Virus record (IMG/VR): IMGVR_UViG_3300040751_002535
Direction: 5' to 3' (one strand)
Length of the DNA: 64,000 nucleotides
Source: a virus
Position numbers and translations under genes: made by a program. Under the pieces are notes generated by a model, which was not told the origin of the DNA, did no database searches, and saw nothing but the letters and a program-made list of their open reading frames with translations. Below are positions 50,674 to 59,672 of the stretch, one piece after another (positions within the stretch are counted from its first letter, which is position 1; each line of letters begins with the position of its first letter).

Positions 50674-51399
50674 TTGAATAGATTTATATTTGATGTGGAC
50701 GGAACACTTACTCCTAGTAGACAACCCATAGATCCTGAGTTCAAAGAGTTTTTTAAACACTTTATTCGTGACAACAAAGTATGGTTGGTAACAGGCAGCG
50801 ATTATCCAAAAACTGTGGAGCAACTCGGTGCAGACATTACTGAAAGTGTTGTTACCTGCTACAACTGTAGTGGAAATGATGTATGGCATCAAGGCAAACG
50901 AGTAAATGCTAAGTCATTTGAAGCACCTCAAGAACTGTATAGTTTGATGGAAGGCTGGTTACAAAGCAGTCCTTTCTCGCTACGAACAGGCAATCACATT
51001 GAACCACGTATGGGCACTATCAACTTTAGTGTCGTAGGCAGAAACTGCACATTGGAAGAACGCAAGTTATATGTCGAGCACGATATCAACAACAGAGAAC
51101 GTGAAAGCATTGCACTTCAAATCAACAGTGAGTTTCCTAGTATTACAGCAACAGTTGGCGGCGAAACTGGTATTGACATTTATCGTACAGGTTGTGACAA
51201 AAGTCAAATCCTAGACGACTTTGACAGAAACATTTCCACATACTTCTTTGGAGACAAAGTTGAACCGGGCGGCAATGATTACCCATTGGCAAAGGCACTG
51301 AAAGATCGTGGATTTAGAGGCGCATCATTTAATGTCAAAGACTGGCGTGACACATACGAAAGATTACAATATTTTCAAGAAGCAAAGGTAGCAGCATGA
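50674..51399 (+). CDS. HAD-IIB phosphomannomutase-like enzyme
   Basis: FDVDGTLT, VTGSD, INFSVVGR, FFGDKVEPGGNDY. Confidence 0.85.
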   Translation: MNRFIFDVDGTLTPSRQPIDPEFKEFFKHFIRDNKVWLVTGSDYPKTVEQLGADITESVVTCYNCSGNDVWHQGKRVNAKSFEAPQELYSLMEGWLQSSPFSLRTGNHIEPRMGTINFSVVGRNCTLEERKLYVEHDINNRERESIALQINSEFPSITATVGGETGIDIYRTGCDKSQILDDFDRNISTYFFGDKVEPGGNDYPLAKALKDRGFRGASFNVKDWRDTYERLQYFQEAKVAA

Positions 51400-52151
51400 T
51401 TATTGCAGGATACGGCTTTGTAGGCAAAGCACACGAAATACTATTCAAAAACTATCGTAGAGAGATTGTAATACACGATCCTCCCAAAGGTATGACGGCA
51501 GACTTTGACAATACTAGTGCTGTTGTTGTTTGTGTTCCCACTCCAGAACTGGAATCAGGTGCATGTGATATTAGTGCAGTATACGATATTGTATCGCAGT
51601 GCAACAAAAATACACCAATATTGATCAAAAGCACTATTAGTTTGCAAGGATGGCAATACCTAAAAGAAACATTTCCCGAACATCGTTTGTGTTTTAGCCC
51701 AGAATTTCTTCGTGCAATGAACTACTTAAACGATATTAAGAACGTTGACAATGTTATACTAAGCGGTGACACAGATTACTGGCGTGATCAATACAGTGTA
51801 AACTGGTCAAATATCAAAATAAACATTGTATCGCCTGAAGAAGCCATTGCCATCAAATACTTTCGCAATGCATTCTTGGCAACCAAAGTAAGTTTTTTCA
51901 ACGAGATTTATGACTTCTGCAATGCAAACGATATAAACTTCGATCAAGTACGTGGAGGTATTGCAGCGGACGAACGCATCGGCAATAGCCATACGTTTGT
52001 TATGCCAGATCAAGGCGTTAGAGGATGGGGCGGTATGTGTTTCCCCAAAGACACCGCAGCACTATTAAAAATGGCAGCAGAAAAAAATATTAATCTAAAT
52101 ACACTTGAAGCAGCAGTTGAATACAATAAAAAAATAAAAAATAATGCTTGA
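51396..52151 (+). CDS. UDP-glucose/GDP-mannose dehydrogenase family protein
   Basis: GYGFVG, CVPTP, KST, SPEFL, GGMCFPKD. Confidence 0.88.
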   Translation: MIIAGYGFVGKAHEILFKNYRREIVIHDPPKGMTADFDNTSAVVVCVPTPELESGACDISAVYDIVSQCNKNTPILIKSTISLQGWQYLKETFPEHRLCFSPEFLRAMNYLNDIKNVDNVILSGDTDYWRDQYSVNWSNIKINIVSPEEAIAIKYFRNAFLATKVSFFNEIYDFCNANDINFDQVRGGIAADERIGNSHTFVMPDQGVRGWGGMCFPKDTAALLKMAAEKNINLNTLEAAVEYNKKIKNNA

Positions 52152-52176
52152 CTTTCTACAATTTAAACATTATAAT
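52148..52176 (+). promoter_or_regulatory. sigma70-type promoter
   Basis: TTGACT-N17-TATAAT. Confidence 0.8.
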
Positions 52177-52196
52177 GAAACATATAGGAGATAAAA

Positions 52197-52925
52197 ATGC
52201 AAGACATTCTACAAGACATCGTAAGCCATACACATTCGTTGGGCTTTATTACTACATTAAAAGTGACAGCAGAAACTGAAACACAGATTGAATCAATGGC
52301 AGATGATCGTAGTGTTATTATGACTGCAACTACAAACACGCCAGTTGGAGAATTTGTTGGTACGTTTGGCATGCCTGACTTAGGCAAACTAAGCTATCAC
52401 TTGAAAAATCCAGAATACAAAGAAAACGCTAGTATTCAAGTTGTACAAGCTGAACGCAACGGCGAAACTATTCCAACACACATTCACTTTGAAAACACAG
52501 CAGGCGATTTTGAAAATGATTATCGCTTTATGAACAAAGCAGTGATTGAAGAGAAACTTAAAAGTGTTAAGTTTAAAGGCAACAGCTGGAATGTTGAGTT
52601 TCAGCCAAGTATGGCAAGTATTGCACGTATGAAACTTATGTCTGGAGCACATTCAGAGGAAGCAGTGTTTCAAGTAAAGACAGAAGATGGCAATCTTAAC
52701 TTTTACTTTGGCGACGAAGCAACACACGCAGGTTCATTTACATTTGAACGTGATGTTGAAGGAACATTAGCGCATACATGGGCATGGCCTGTAGCACAAA
52801 CTATTGCTATTTTGAACTTAGATGGTGACAAAACAATGAGTATTACAGACCAGGGTGCTATGAAGATTAGTGTAAACAGTGGCATGGCAACATACGACTA
52901 TATTCTACCAGCGCAGCAAAAATAA
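52197..52925 (+). CDS. probable sliding clamp (gp45/PCNA-like)
   Basis: 242 aa two-domain size, YDYILPA C-terminus, clamp loader and PolB in the window. Confidence 0.6.
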   Translation: MQDILQDIVSHTHSLGFITTLKVTAETETQIESMADDRSVIMTATTNTPVGEFVGTFGMPDLGKLSYHLKNPEYKENASIQVVQAERNGETIPTHIHFENTAGDFENDYRFMNKAVIEEKLKSVKFKGNSWNVEFQPSMASIARMKLMSGAHSEEAVFQVKTEDGNLNFYFGDEATHAGSFTFERDVEGTLAHTWAWPVAQTIAILNLDGDKTMSITDQGAMKISVNSGMATYDYILPAQQK

Positions 52926-54472
52926 TGAATACAAACCTTACTGAATCGCAAAACGATTATGCGTTTTTTCTACCCAGCATCAGTGGCTTCTATGCTACTT
53001 TTATCGGAAAGCAACGCTATGGTGAATATGTTGATCCAGCAAGGGTTCCGGCAGGCATTGGCACTGTAGAAGCAATGAACTTCCTCAACGCTAAAGAAGG
53101 CGTGTTCCACTACAAGTGGGCACTCTATTCAGCTGGACATGCAGAGCTAGATGTAAACAAGCACAGTGAAAAAGAAGACATGCTTCGCAACCGTGATAGA
53201 GACAATTCATGGTTGCTAGGCGACTCGGGCGGGTTCCAAATTGCCAAAGGTCTTTGGCCTGGTGATTGGACTGATCCTAACTGTCCACATGCTGCTAAAA
53301 AGCGTGAACTGGTTGTTAACTGGATGGAAGAATATATGGACTACGGAATGATGTTGGATATTCCAACTTGGACATTCCAGGATCCTAAAGCAGCAGAAGC
53401 AGCAAACATTCACAGCTATCAAGATGCAGTAGATGCTACACATATTAATGCAAAATACTATATGGCTAATCGTCGTGGTAACTTTAAAGTACTAAATGTT
53501 CTACAAGGTAGCAATCATGGTGACGCAGACAGCTGGTACGAAGAGTTTAAAGATTACTGTGACCCTGCTAAGTATCCAGACACACACTTTAATGGCTGGG
53601 CAATGGGTGGACAGAATATGTGTGATGTACACTTGATTCTGCGTAGACTTGTGCATATGATACACGATGGATTGCTTGAAGAAGGATTGCATGATGTAAT
53701 GCATTTCCTTGGTACTAGTAAACTAGAGTGGGCTGTATTGCTTACTGATATCCAACGTGCTGTTCGCAAGTATCATAATCCCAACTTTATGATTACATAC
53801 GATTGTGCATCACCATTCCTTGCTACAGCTAATGGACAGATTTATCACAGCATTCGCATTGAGGATCGTGGTAAATGGAGTTACATGATGAGCCCTGGTG
53901 CCGATGCATTAAAATATGCTACAGACACACGCAAGTTTAAAGATGCGGTTGTCACAGATCGTATACTAGATGCATTTGAAGACTCTCCGATGAGTGTACA
54001 CTGCAAAATGAATGATATTTGTATATATGCAGAAGGCGATAAGAATAAGATCGGCACACCTAAAGTTAAAGCTGGCGATGTTGACATTGACAAACATGGC
54101 AACCCTATACTAGACGAAGATGGCAATCCTGTTGTACGTAAGAAAGATTCAACAAGTTGGGATAGCTTTAGTTATGCACTACAAATGGGTCATAATGTTT
54201 GGATGCACATCGAAAGCACACAACGTGCAAACAGAGAATATGACGCTGGCATTTCGCCTTATATGCTAATCAATGACACAGACTTTCCGGGTTGGGGAGT
54301 TGTTAAATTCAAAGAAGTAGTTAACGAGATCTTTAGTTTGAAAGACAGGCAGAAGAGCTTGGACTTGATTGAAAAATATGATCGGTATTGGATGCATGTG
54401 ATTGGTACACGCCTTAACATTGGTAAGAAGGCTAAAAATGCACTGACAAAATATGGAGAGTTATTTGAATGA
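52925..54472 (+). CDS. TGT-family transglycosylase, DpdA-like (7-deazaguanine insertion)
   Basis: GDSGGFQ, MLDIP, VLQG, AMGG, HFLG, YDCASP TGT motifs. Confidence 0.8.
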   Translation: MNTNLTESQNDYAFFLPSISGFYATFIGKQRYGEYVDPARVPAGIGTVEAMNFLNAKEGVFHYKWALYSAGHAELDVNKHSEKEDMLRNRDRDNSWLLGDSGGFQIAKGLWPGDWTDPNCPHAAKKRELVVNWMEEYMDYGMMLDIPTWTFQDPKAAEAANIHSYQDAVDATHINAKYYMANRRGNFKVLNVLQGSNHGDADSWYEEFKDYCDPAKYPDTHFNGWAMGGQNMCDVHLILRRLVHMIHDGLLEEGLHDVMHFLGTSKLEWAVLLTDIQRAVRKYHNPNFMITYDCASPFLATANGQIYHSIRIEDRGKWSYMMSPGADALKYATDTRKFKDAVVTDRILDAFEDSPMSVHCKMNDICIYAEGDKNKIGTPKVKAGDVDIDKHGNPILDEDGNPVVRKKDSTSWDSFSYALQMGHNVWMHIESTQRANREYDAGISPYMLINDTDFPGWGVVKFKEVVNEIFSLKDRQKSLDLIEKYDRYWMHVIGTRLNIGKKAKNALTKYGELFE

Positions 54473-54663
54473 ATTACGATAGTCTTGAATCGCATGTAGC
54501 TGAACTTATTAAAAAACATCGTCAACTAGATGAAGATATTAAAAGAATGTCTCAACACCATATTAGTGCAGAACTGAGGCAACTAAAAACACAAAAACTT
54601 TGGCTCAAGGACGAAATACACAGATTAAAAAAACAACTTGCTGGAACTAATGGACATGGATAG
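54469..54663 (+). CDS. DUF465-like coiled-coil protein
   Basis: HRQLDEDI...LKTQKLWLKDEI. Confidence 0.75.
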   Translation: MNYDSLESHVAELIKKHRQLDEDIKRMSQHHISAELRQLKTQKLWLKDEIHRLKKQLAGTNGHG

Positions 54664-54823
54664 TAAACAAATACAACTTACTAATCTAGAACTTGCACTC
54701 GAAGATCTTGATAAAATCATTGACAATATGAAAAAGAACAACTATAGTAAAGAAGAGTTAAACGAATACGTAAAAAAACGTTGGAATGTTTGGAACGAAA
54801 TACATCAGGTGAAAAAACAATGA
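54638..54823 (+). CDS. hypothetical protein
   Basis: overlaps both neighbours; true start probably 54650 or 54656. Confidence 0.6.
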   Translation: MLELMDMDSKQIQLTNLELALEDLDKIIDNMKKNNYSKEELNEYVKKRWNVWNEIHQVKKQ

Positions 54824-55344
54824 AAAGAGTATATGATCAAGGAACTGAAGAAAATGTTGAATACTTTGTAGGTACAGAAGTAGAACATACTCCTCAATAT
54901 AAAAAGAAAACACTATTTGTTGTAGGCATTAAAGACGCCGAAGAGATTATACGTATTGCAAAAGATAATGGCTGCAATCACATTTATCTTGGTGCCAATA
55001 TGAGTTTTAATGTTACAGACGATACCGGGCCGCAATGGCAACCTTGGGAAGACATGGCATTTCCATTGTTGGACAAAGGCTTTTGGGTTACATTAGATGT
55101 AGATACTAGTCGAGTAGAAGGACTGTTGGAAACAGGGTTAACCGAACACAATCGTTTTATTCCAATGATTTCGACTAAGATTCCGTATATTGATCAACTT
55201 GGATATAATGCTTGTTTAAAGATCGATGACAAGGACTTTGATGCAAGTAATCCAGGTGTATGGGTTCATAGACTTCATGATCTAAAAGAAAAGAATGTAT
55301 TTACAGATTGGTCGCAATACACCTCAGACGAAATAATATCTTGA
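54820..55344 (+). CDS. hypothetical protein in the deazaguanine cluster
   Basis: GTEVEHTP, HIYLGAN, KIDDKDFDASNPGVW. Confidence 0.75.
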   Translation: MKRVYDQGTEENVEYFVGTEVEHTPQYKKKTLFVVGIKDAEEIIRIAKDNGCNHIYLGANMSFNVTDDTGPQWQPWEDMAFPLLDKGFWVTLDVDTSRVEGLLETGLTEHNRFIPMISTKIPYIDQLGYNACLKIDDKDFDASNPGVWVHRLHDLKEKNVFTDWSQYTSDEIIS

Positions 55345-55369
55345 CAAAATGCAACAAGAACGTTATTAT
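55341..55369 (+). promoter_or_regulatory. sigma70-type promoter
   Basis: TTGACA-N17-TATTAT; in-frame ATG 6 nt downstream. Confidence 0.65.
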
Positions 55370-55375
55370 ACATAT

Positions 55376-55801
55376 ATGCAACGGCGCAGCAGAGAAGAGG
55401 ACGCTAAAATGACAAACGCATTAGAAAATGCAAAACGTAGTATTTGGGTAACTTTTACAAAAGAAGGCATTCATTGCTATCCAGCAGCAAAAGATGATCC
55501 TGCACTAGCAACAGGTGACGAGTACGATGTTAGCTTTTTAGGTTATCCACATCGACACATGTTTCACTTTAAAGTGCAGATCCAAGTAACACACAACGAT
55601 CGAGACATTGAGTTTATTCAGTTCAAGCGTTGGCTCGAATCCTTGTATGCAGGTGATATCCTGCAACTAGATTACAAATCATGTGAAATGATTGCAGATG
55701 ATTTGTATACACAGATTAACAGCAAATATCCTGGCCGGTTTGTTGTTATTGATGTCGCCGAAGATGGCGAAAACGGCTGTCAAATTGTTTACCCAGCATA
55801 A
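55376..55801 (+). CDS. QueD/PTPS-like T-fold protein
   Basis: H-C, HRHMFH, SCEMIA, VAEDGENG; start at 55376 or 55409. Confidence 0.7.
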   Translation: MQRRSREEDAKMTNALENAKRSIWVTFTKEGIHCYPAAKDDPALATGDEYDVSFLGYPHRHMFHFKVQIQVTHNDRDIEFIQFKRWLESLYAGDILQLDYKSCEMIADDLYTQINSKYPGRFVVIDVAEDGENGCQIVYPA

Positions 55802-55815
55802 AGGAATTAAGGTAA

Positions 55816-56016
55816 ATGACTATTACAAATCCAGTAGTAAACAAAATATTTAACGATCTTGAAGAGTTCCACGACTTCTGTCGTACTGAAGGACACCCTT
55901 TTAACAAGGAAGATTTATATCGCAACGATCGTCGGCCGTGGATGGCCTTCCAGAAATACAAAAACTGGCTACGTGCAAAAGCTCGCGGTGGCGAAAGAAA
56001 GCCTCGTAATGCGTAA
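55816..56016 (+). CDS. hypothetical protein
   Basis: AAGG RBS; FNDLEEFHDFCR. Confidence 0.7.
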   Translation: MTITNPVVNKIFNDLEEFHDFCRTEGHPFNKEDLYRNDRRPWMAFQKYKNWLRAKARGGERKPRNA

Positions 56017-57187
56017 ACTGTTTTATATGGGGCTAGAGCCCTATGAAGGCAGGTACACACTCCAGTTGCAAGACTGGAGTGAACGTGCATTTAAAAAACG
56101 TGGCATTGACTACGTTGTTGTACCTGGCAAAACTATTGACAATACTAAAGCTATTAGTGTTGGACAAGTGTTAGATGCACACGGACGCAGTTACTTTGGT
56201 ATGAGTCAGATGATGAATCTTGTACAAATGATGCGTGAAGGTGAATGTACTGGCGAAGACGTTGTTTTCTTTGAAGACATGTTTCAGCCAGGCATGGAAT
56301 CACTTCCATATATTATGGATCAGATTCCAGAAGAACAACGCCCTAAGGTTTGGGTGCGTTGTTTGGCACAAGCCGTAGACCCAGATGACTTTGTTCATGT
56401 TTGGGGTATGGGCAAATGGATGAGTTTGTATGAAGAAATGTGCAACGAGTTTGTTACTGGCGTACTAGCAAGTAATGAAGAAATGGTTGCTAACATGAAG
56501 ATTGCAAACTGGAAGGCTCCTCTCTACAATGTCAGTGGACTTGCATTTGATAAGACTGAAGTGCAAGAACGTGTAAACGGTGTAGTCAACGACTGGACAG
56601 ATCGTAAGGATCGTGTTGTATTTACTGCACGGTTTGATCAAGAAAAACAACCAGACTTCTACATGGATTTGATTGAAGAATGGTACGGTACACCTGGAAC
56701 ACCTGAAGTAGAGTTTGCTATTTTACAAGGCGGACCATTGCGTAGCAACAATCAAAAGTATATTGATCGTGCTAGAAAAATGGAAGAACGTGGACAACTT
56801 GTTATCTACGAAAACTTGAAGAAGGACGAATACTACGATATTGTAAACAACAGTAAAGTATTGTTTAACTGTGCATTGCAGGATTGGACAAGCAATACTG
56901 TAAGTGAAGCAGACGCATTGGGTTGTAATGTGCTGTTTCCAGCGTATCGTAGTTTTCCTGAGATCTTTAACAACGATCATACACGCTTGTATGTTCCGTG
57001 GAGTATCGAAGATGCAATGAACAAAATGCAAACTTTATTACACATTCCACACAAAGATGTTGGCAAGATTTCAGATTGGACCACTGGTACTATTGATCGT
57101 TATATTGACATTATGTCGGGCAACGGTGAACAATGGCGCCGTGATGACAACCGCTATAGAGATCATGTAGCAAGCAGAAAGTATTAA
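56009..57187 (+). CDS. GT-B fold glycosyltransferase
   Basis: FTARFDQEKQPDF, QDWTSNTVSEADALG, YRSFPE. Confidence 0.8.
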   Translation: MRKLFYMGLEPYEGRYTLQLQDWSERAFKKRGIDYVVVPGKTIDNTKAISVGQVLDAHGRSYFGMSQMMNLVQMMREGECTGEDVVFFEDMFQPGMESLPYIMDQIPEEQRPKVWVRCLAQAVDPDDFVHVWGMGKWMSLYEEMCNEFVTGVLASNEEMVANMKIANWKAPLYNVSGLAFDKTEVQERVNGVVNDWTDRKDRVVFTARFDQEKQPDFYMDLIEEWYGTPGTPEVEFAILQGGPLRSNNQKYIDRARKMEERGQLVIYENLKKDEYYDIVNNSKVLFNCALQDWTSNTVSEADALGCNVLFPAYRSFPEIFNNDHTRLYVPWSIEDAMNKMQTLLHIPHKDVGKISDWTTGTIDRYIDIMSGNGEQWRRDDNRYRDHVASRKY

Positions 57188-57189
57188 AT

Positions 57190-57762
57190 ATGACAGCTAA
57201 ACTTAAAAGTCTAAAACCGTTTTTAGAAGGTACAAAAATACCCGCAGGTATTGACAACGCTCATAGAGGAAAGTACATCGAAACACTGTATGAAGACCAA
57301 GGATTCGAAGTAAACAAAGGTCTTGGAGCAGATTTTGAAGATGCAGAGATTGATATTAAAAGTCGTATGTTAGAATCTCGCAGTGCTCATAGCATTACAA
57401 CTTGTACTGAAGATCACATAATTGCCAAAAGTTATCAAGATAGCAATGTTTGTCCTAAAGTACAACGTTGGGATCAACCAGTATACTCTGAATCTTACAA
57501 TGAAATAGTCAAGCATGAAAACTACGATTTTAGAGACGACTATATTCAAGGCATTATTCAAGAAGGGTATGAAGATTGTAGATCACAGATTGTTAACGGA
57601 ACAACTAGCAATTATGTTCGCAGCAAAAATGGTTATGTGATTTTTGAAAGGTCTTCTCAGCGCGACAATTCATGGCAGGTTAGATTTCCACACAGTGCTA
57701 TGAAAAAACTCAAGGGCATGAGCAAACAAGTTTCTCATAGTAATCTATTCGAGTTTGTATAA
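57190..57762 (+). CDS. PD-(D/E)XK endonuclease-like protein
   Basis: GKYIE...GADF...IDIKSR, MutH/type II restriction endonuclease-like. Confidence 0.55.
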   Translation: MTAKLKSLKPFLEGTKIPAGIDNAHRGKYIETLYEDQGFEVNKGLGADFEDAEIDIKSRMLESRSAHSITTCTEDHIIAKSYQDSNVCPKVQRWDQPVYSESYNEIVKHENYDFRDDYIQGIIQEGYEDCRSQIVNGTTSNYVRSKNGYVIFERSSQRDNSWQVRFPHSAMKKLKGMSKQVSHSNLFEFV

Positions 57763-57763
57763 G

Positions 57764-58639
57764 ATGAAAGTATTAGTCACAGGTGCAAGCGGTTACATTG
57801 GTAGCCATGTTTGCAAGTTATTGAAAGAACATGGACACACAGTTGTTGGCTGGGATACAGAAATCCACGGCGAAACAAATGATGTTGCTGCTTATTGTGA
57901 TCAATACCATAATGTGGATGTCACTGGACAGTACGCCGGTGGCATCTACGATGCTGTTGTACACCTTGCAGGACGCAGTGTAGTACCACAGAGTTTGTTA
58001 GAGCCCACAGAGTACTACAGAGTGAATGTAATGGGCACTGCAAACCTGTTAAACATGGTTACAACGCCACATGTGCTGTTTGCTAGTACCAGCAGTGCTT
58101 GGGAAATGGCTTCGCCGTATGCACGTAGCAAAGTAGCAGCCGAAGATGTAATCAAGGAAAAGGCAGATGGATATACAATATTTAGATTTTTTAATGTATC
58201 TGGTACTGACGGGCATAATCGTCAGTTGGGCGATCCTACCCATCTTATTCGTGTTGCTGCTATGGTGGCTGCTGAGAAACTACCCGACATTAAGATCTTT
58301 GGTACGGACTATGATACTAGGGATGGCACTTGTATTCGTGATTATATTCATGTTGTTGATTTGGCTCGTGCCATTGTCAACGGAGTGGAACGAGGTCCTG
58401 CCAACACACCATACGAATGTCTTGGTTCTAACGTAGGATACAGTGTGCGTGAAGTAATCAATACCATGCAGCAAGTCACTGGTAAAAAGTTAAATACTAT
58501 TAAAGCAGAACGCAGAGAAGGTGATGCTGTATCTAGTGTTGTAGATAATCTTAGTGATTTAGTAACATTAGAAAAAAGCATCGAAGATATGTGTTTAGAT
58601 CAATACACCCTGGAGATTAGAAAAAATGGAAAAACTTAA
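57764..58639 (+). CDS. galE: UDP-glucose 4-epimerase-like SDR
   Basis: TGASGYIG, YARSK, RFFNV, DGTCIRDYIHV. Confidence 0.9.
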   Translation: MKVLVTGASGYIGSHVCKLLKEHGHTVVGWDTEIHGETNDVAAYCDQYHNVDVTGQYAGGIYDAVVHLAGRSVVPQSLLEPTEYYRVNVMGTANLLNMVTTPHVLFASTSSAWEMASPYARSKVAAEDVIKEKADGYTIFRFFNVSGTDGHNRQLGDPTHLIRVAAMVAAEKLPDIKIFGTDYDTRDGTCIRDYIHVVDLARAIVNGVERGPANTPYECLGSNVGYSVREVINTMQQVTGKKLNTIKAERREGDAVSSVVDNLSDLVTLEKSIEDMCLDQYTLEIRKNGKT

Positions 58640-58853
58640 TAAACTCACATTACAAATAGTAGAGATGTTAGATAATGGCGATCTTATGGGATGCTATAGT
58701 TTATTTGAAGCAGAGATAAGAGATATTATACCAACTTTAGATCAAGAATCAGAAATAGGAAAAACGTGGCTACATCAAGTTAAACTGATTGACGACGAAG
58801 ACTGGGGCGGAGTAATGGAAAATATGGAAAATATTAGAAAGTTTGTTGAATAA
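58626..58853 (+). CDS. hypothetical protein
   Basis: 75 aa, overlaps galE stop. Confidence 0.6.
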   Translation: MEKLNKLTLQIVEMLDNGDLMGCYSLFEAEIRDIIPTLDQESEIGKTWLHQVKLIDDEDWGGVMENMENIRKFVE

Positions 58854-59170
58854 TGGAAGAAGATACTATTACTATTAGTAGTGCCAGTGAATCTACGTTT
58901 GACATCGCTGATTTAACAGTTAATACCATTGATATTAGTAGTATTACATCAAGTACTGTTAGTACTATTACACTTGACGACACACACTGGTCAGACGGGA
59001 TTACTTGGGAACAAATTGAGTTTGAAGATAGTATGCCCTCAGTTGCTAAAGTAGAAGATATGTGCAATGATTATCCGGCATTGGCAAAAGCATACGAAAA
59101 CTTTAAAACTATATATTCTCTAGTACATCAAGATTGGAAAGGCAAACAGGATGACCAGCTTCCGTTTTAA
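58853..59170 (+). CDS. hypothetical protein
   Basis: Ser/Thr-rich N-terminus; MCNDYPALAKAYENFK. Confidence 0.7.
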   Translation: MEEDTITISSASESTFDIADLTVNTIDISSITSSTVSTITLDDTHWSDGITWEQIEFEDSMPSVAKVEDMCNDYPALAKAYENFKTIYSLVHQDWKGKQDDQLPF

Positions 59171-59672
59171 TATAACTCCGGATTGGAATATTGATGATTA
59201 CAAATCATTAAGCTTCAAACGTGATACTGTAAAAGGACAAACTACAGTACAGGAATACTTTCGAGTAGGACATCAGCCTGGCCGAATGACAATGCTCAAC
59301 TATTTTGAACCTAACCCTATGCCTAGTAGTGTTGATTATGTTAAAACATTTTTCAGCGATTTAGTTAATGTTACTGCGGCGATTAATGTGTTTGAACCTG
59401 GACACTACTTACCATTACATCGAGACAACTATAGAAAATATCAAAGTGTTGCTAAAGAGATTTTAAAAGACAGAGGCATAAATGCAATATACCGATATGT
59501 TGTTATGCTTGAAGATAGTGTTCCTGGGCAAATGATGCATATTGGAAGTACTATACATCATACATGGAGCGCTGGCGATGTATTTGGTTGGGTTGGTGAC
59601 GAAATGCATACATTTTATAATATGAGTTTGAAGGATAGATATGCAATACAAATCACCGGAATACAAACGTAG
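59151..59672 (+). CDS. 2OG-Fe(II) oxygenase/cupin-like protein
   Basis: PGHYLPLHRD (HxD) and distal HTFYN. Confidence 0.65.
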   Translation: MTSFRFNITPDWNIDDYKSLSFKRDTVKGQTTVQEYFRVGHQPGRMTMLNYFEPNPMPSSVDYVKTFFSDLVNVTAAINVFEPGHYLPLHRDNYRKYQSVAKEILKDRGINAIYRYVVMLEDSVPGQMMHIGSTIHHTWSAGDVFGWVGDEMHTFYNMSLKDRYAIQITGIQT

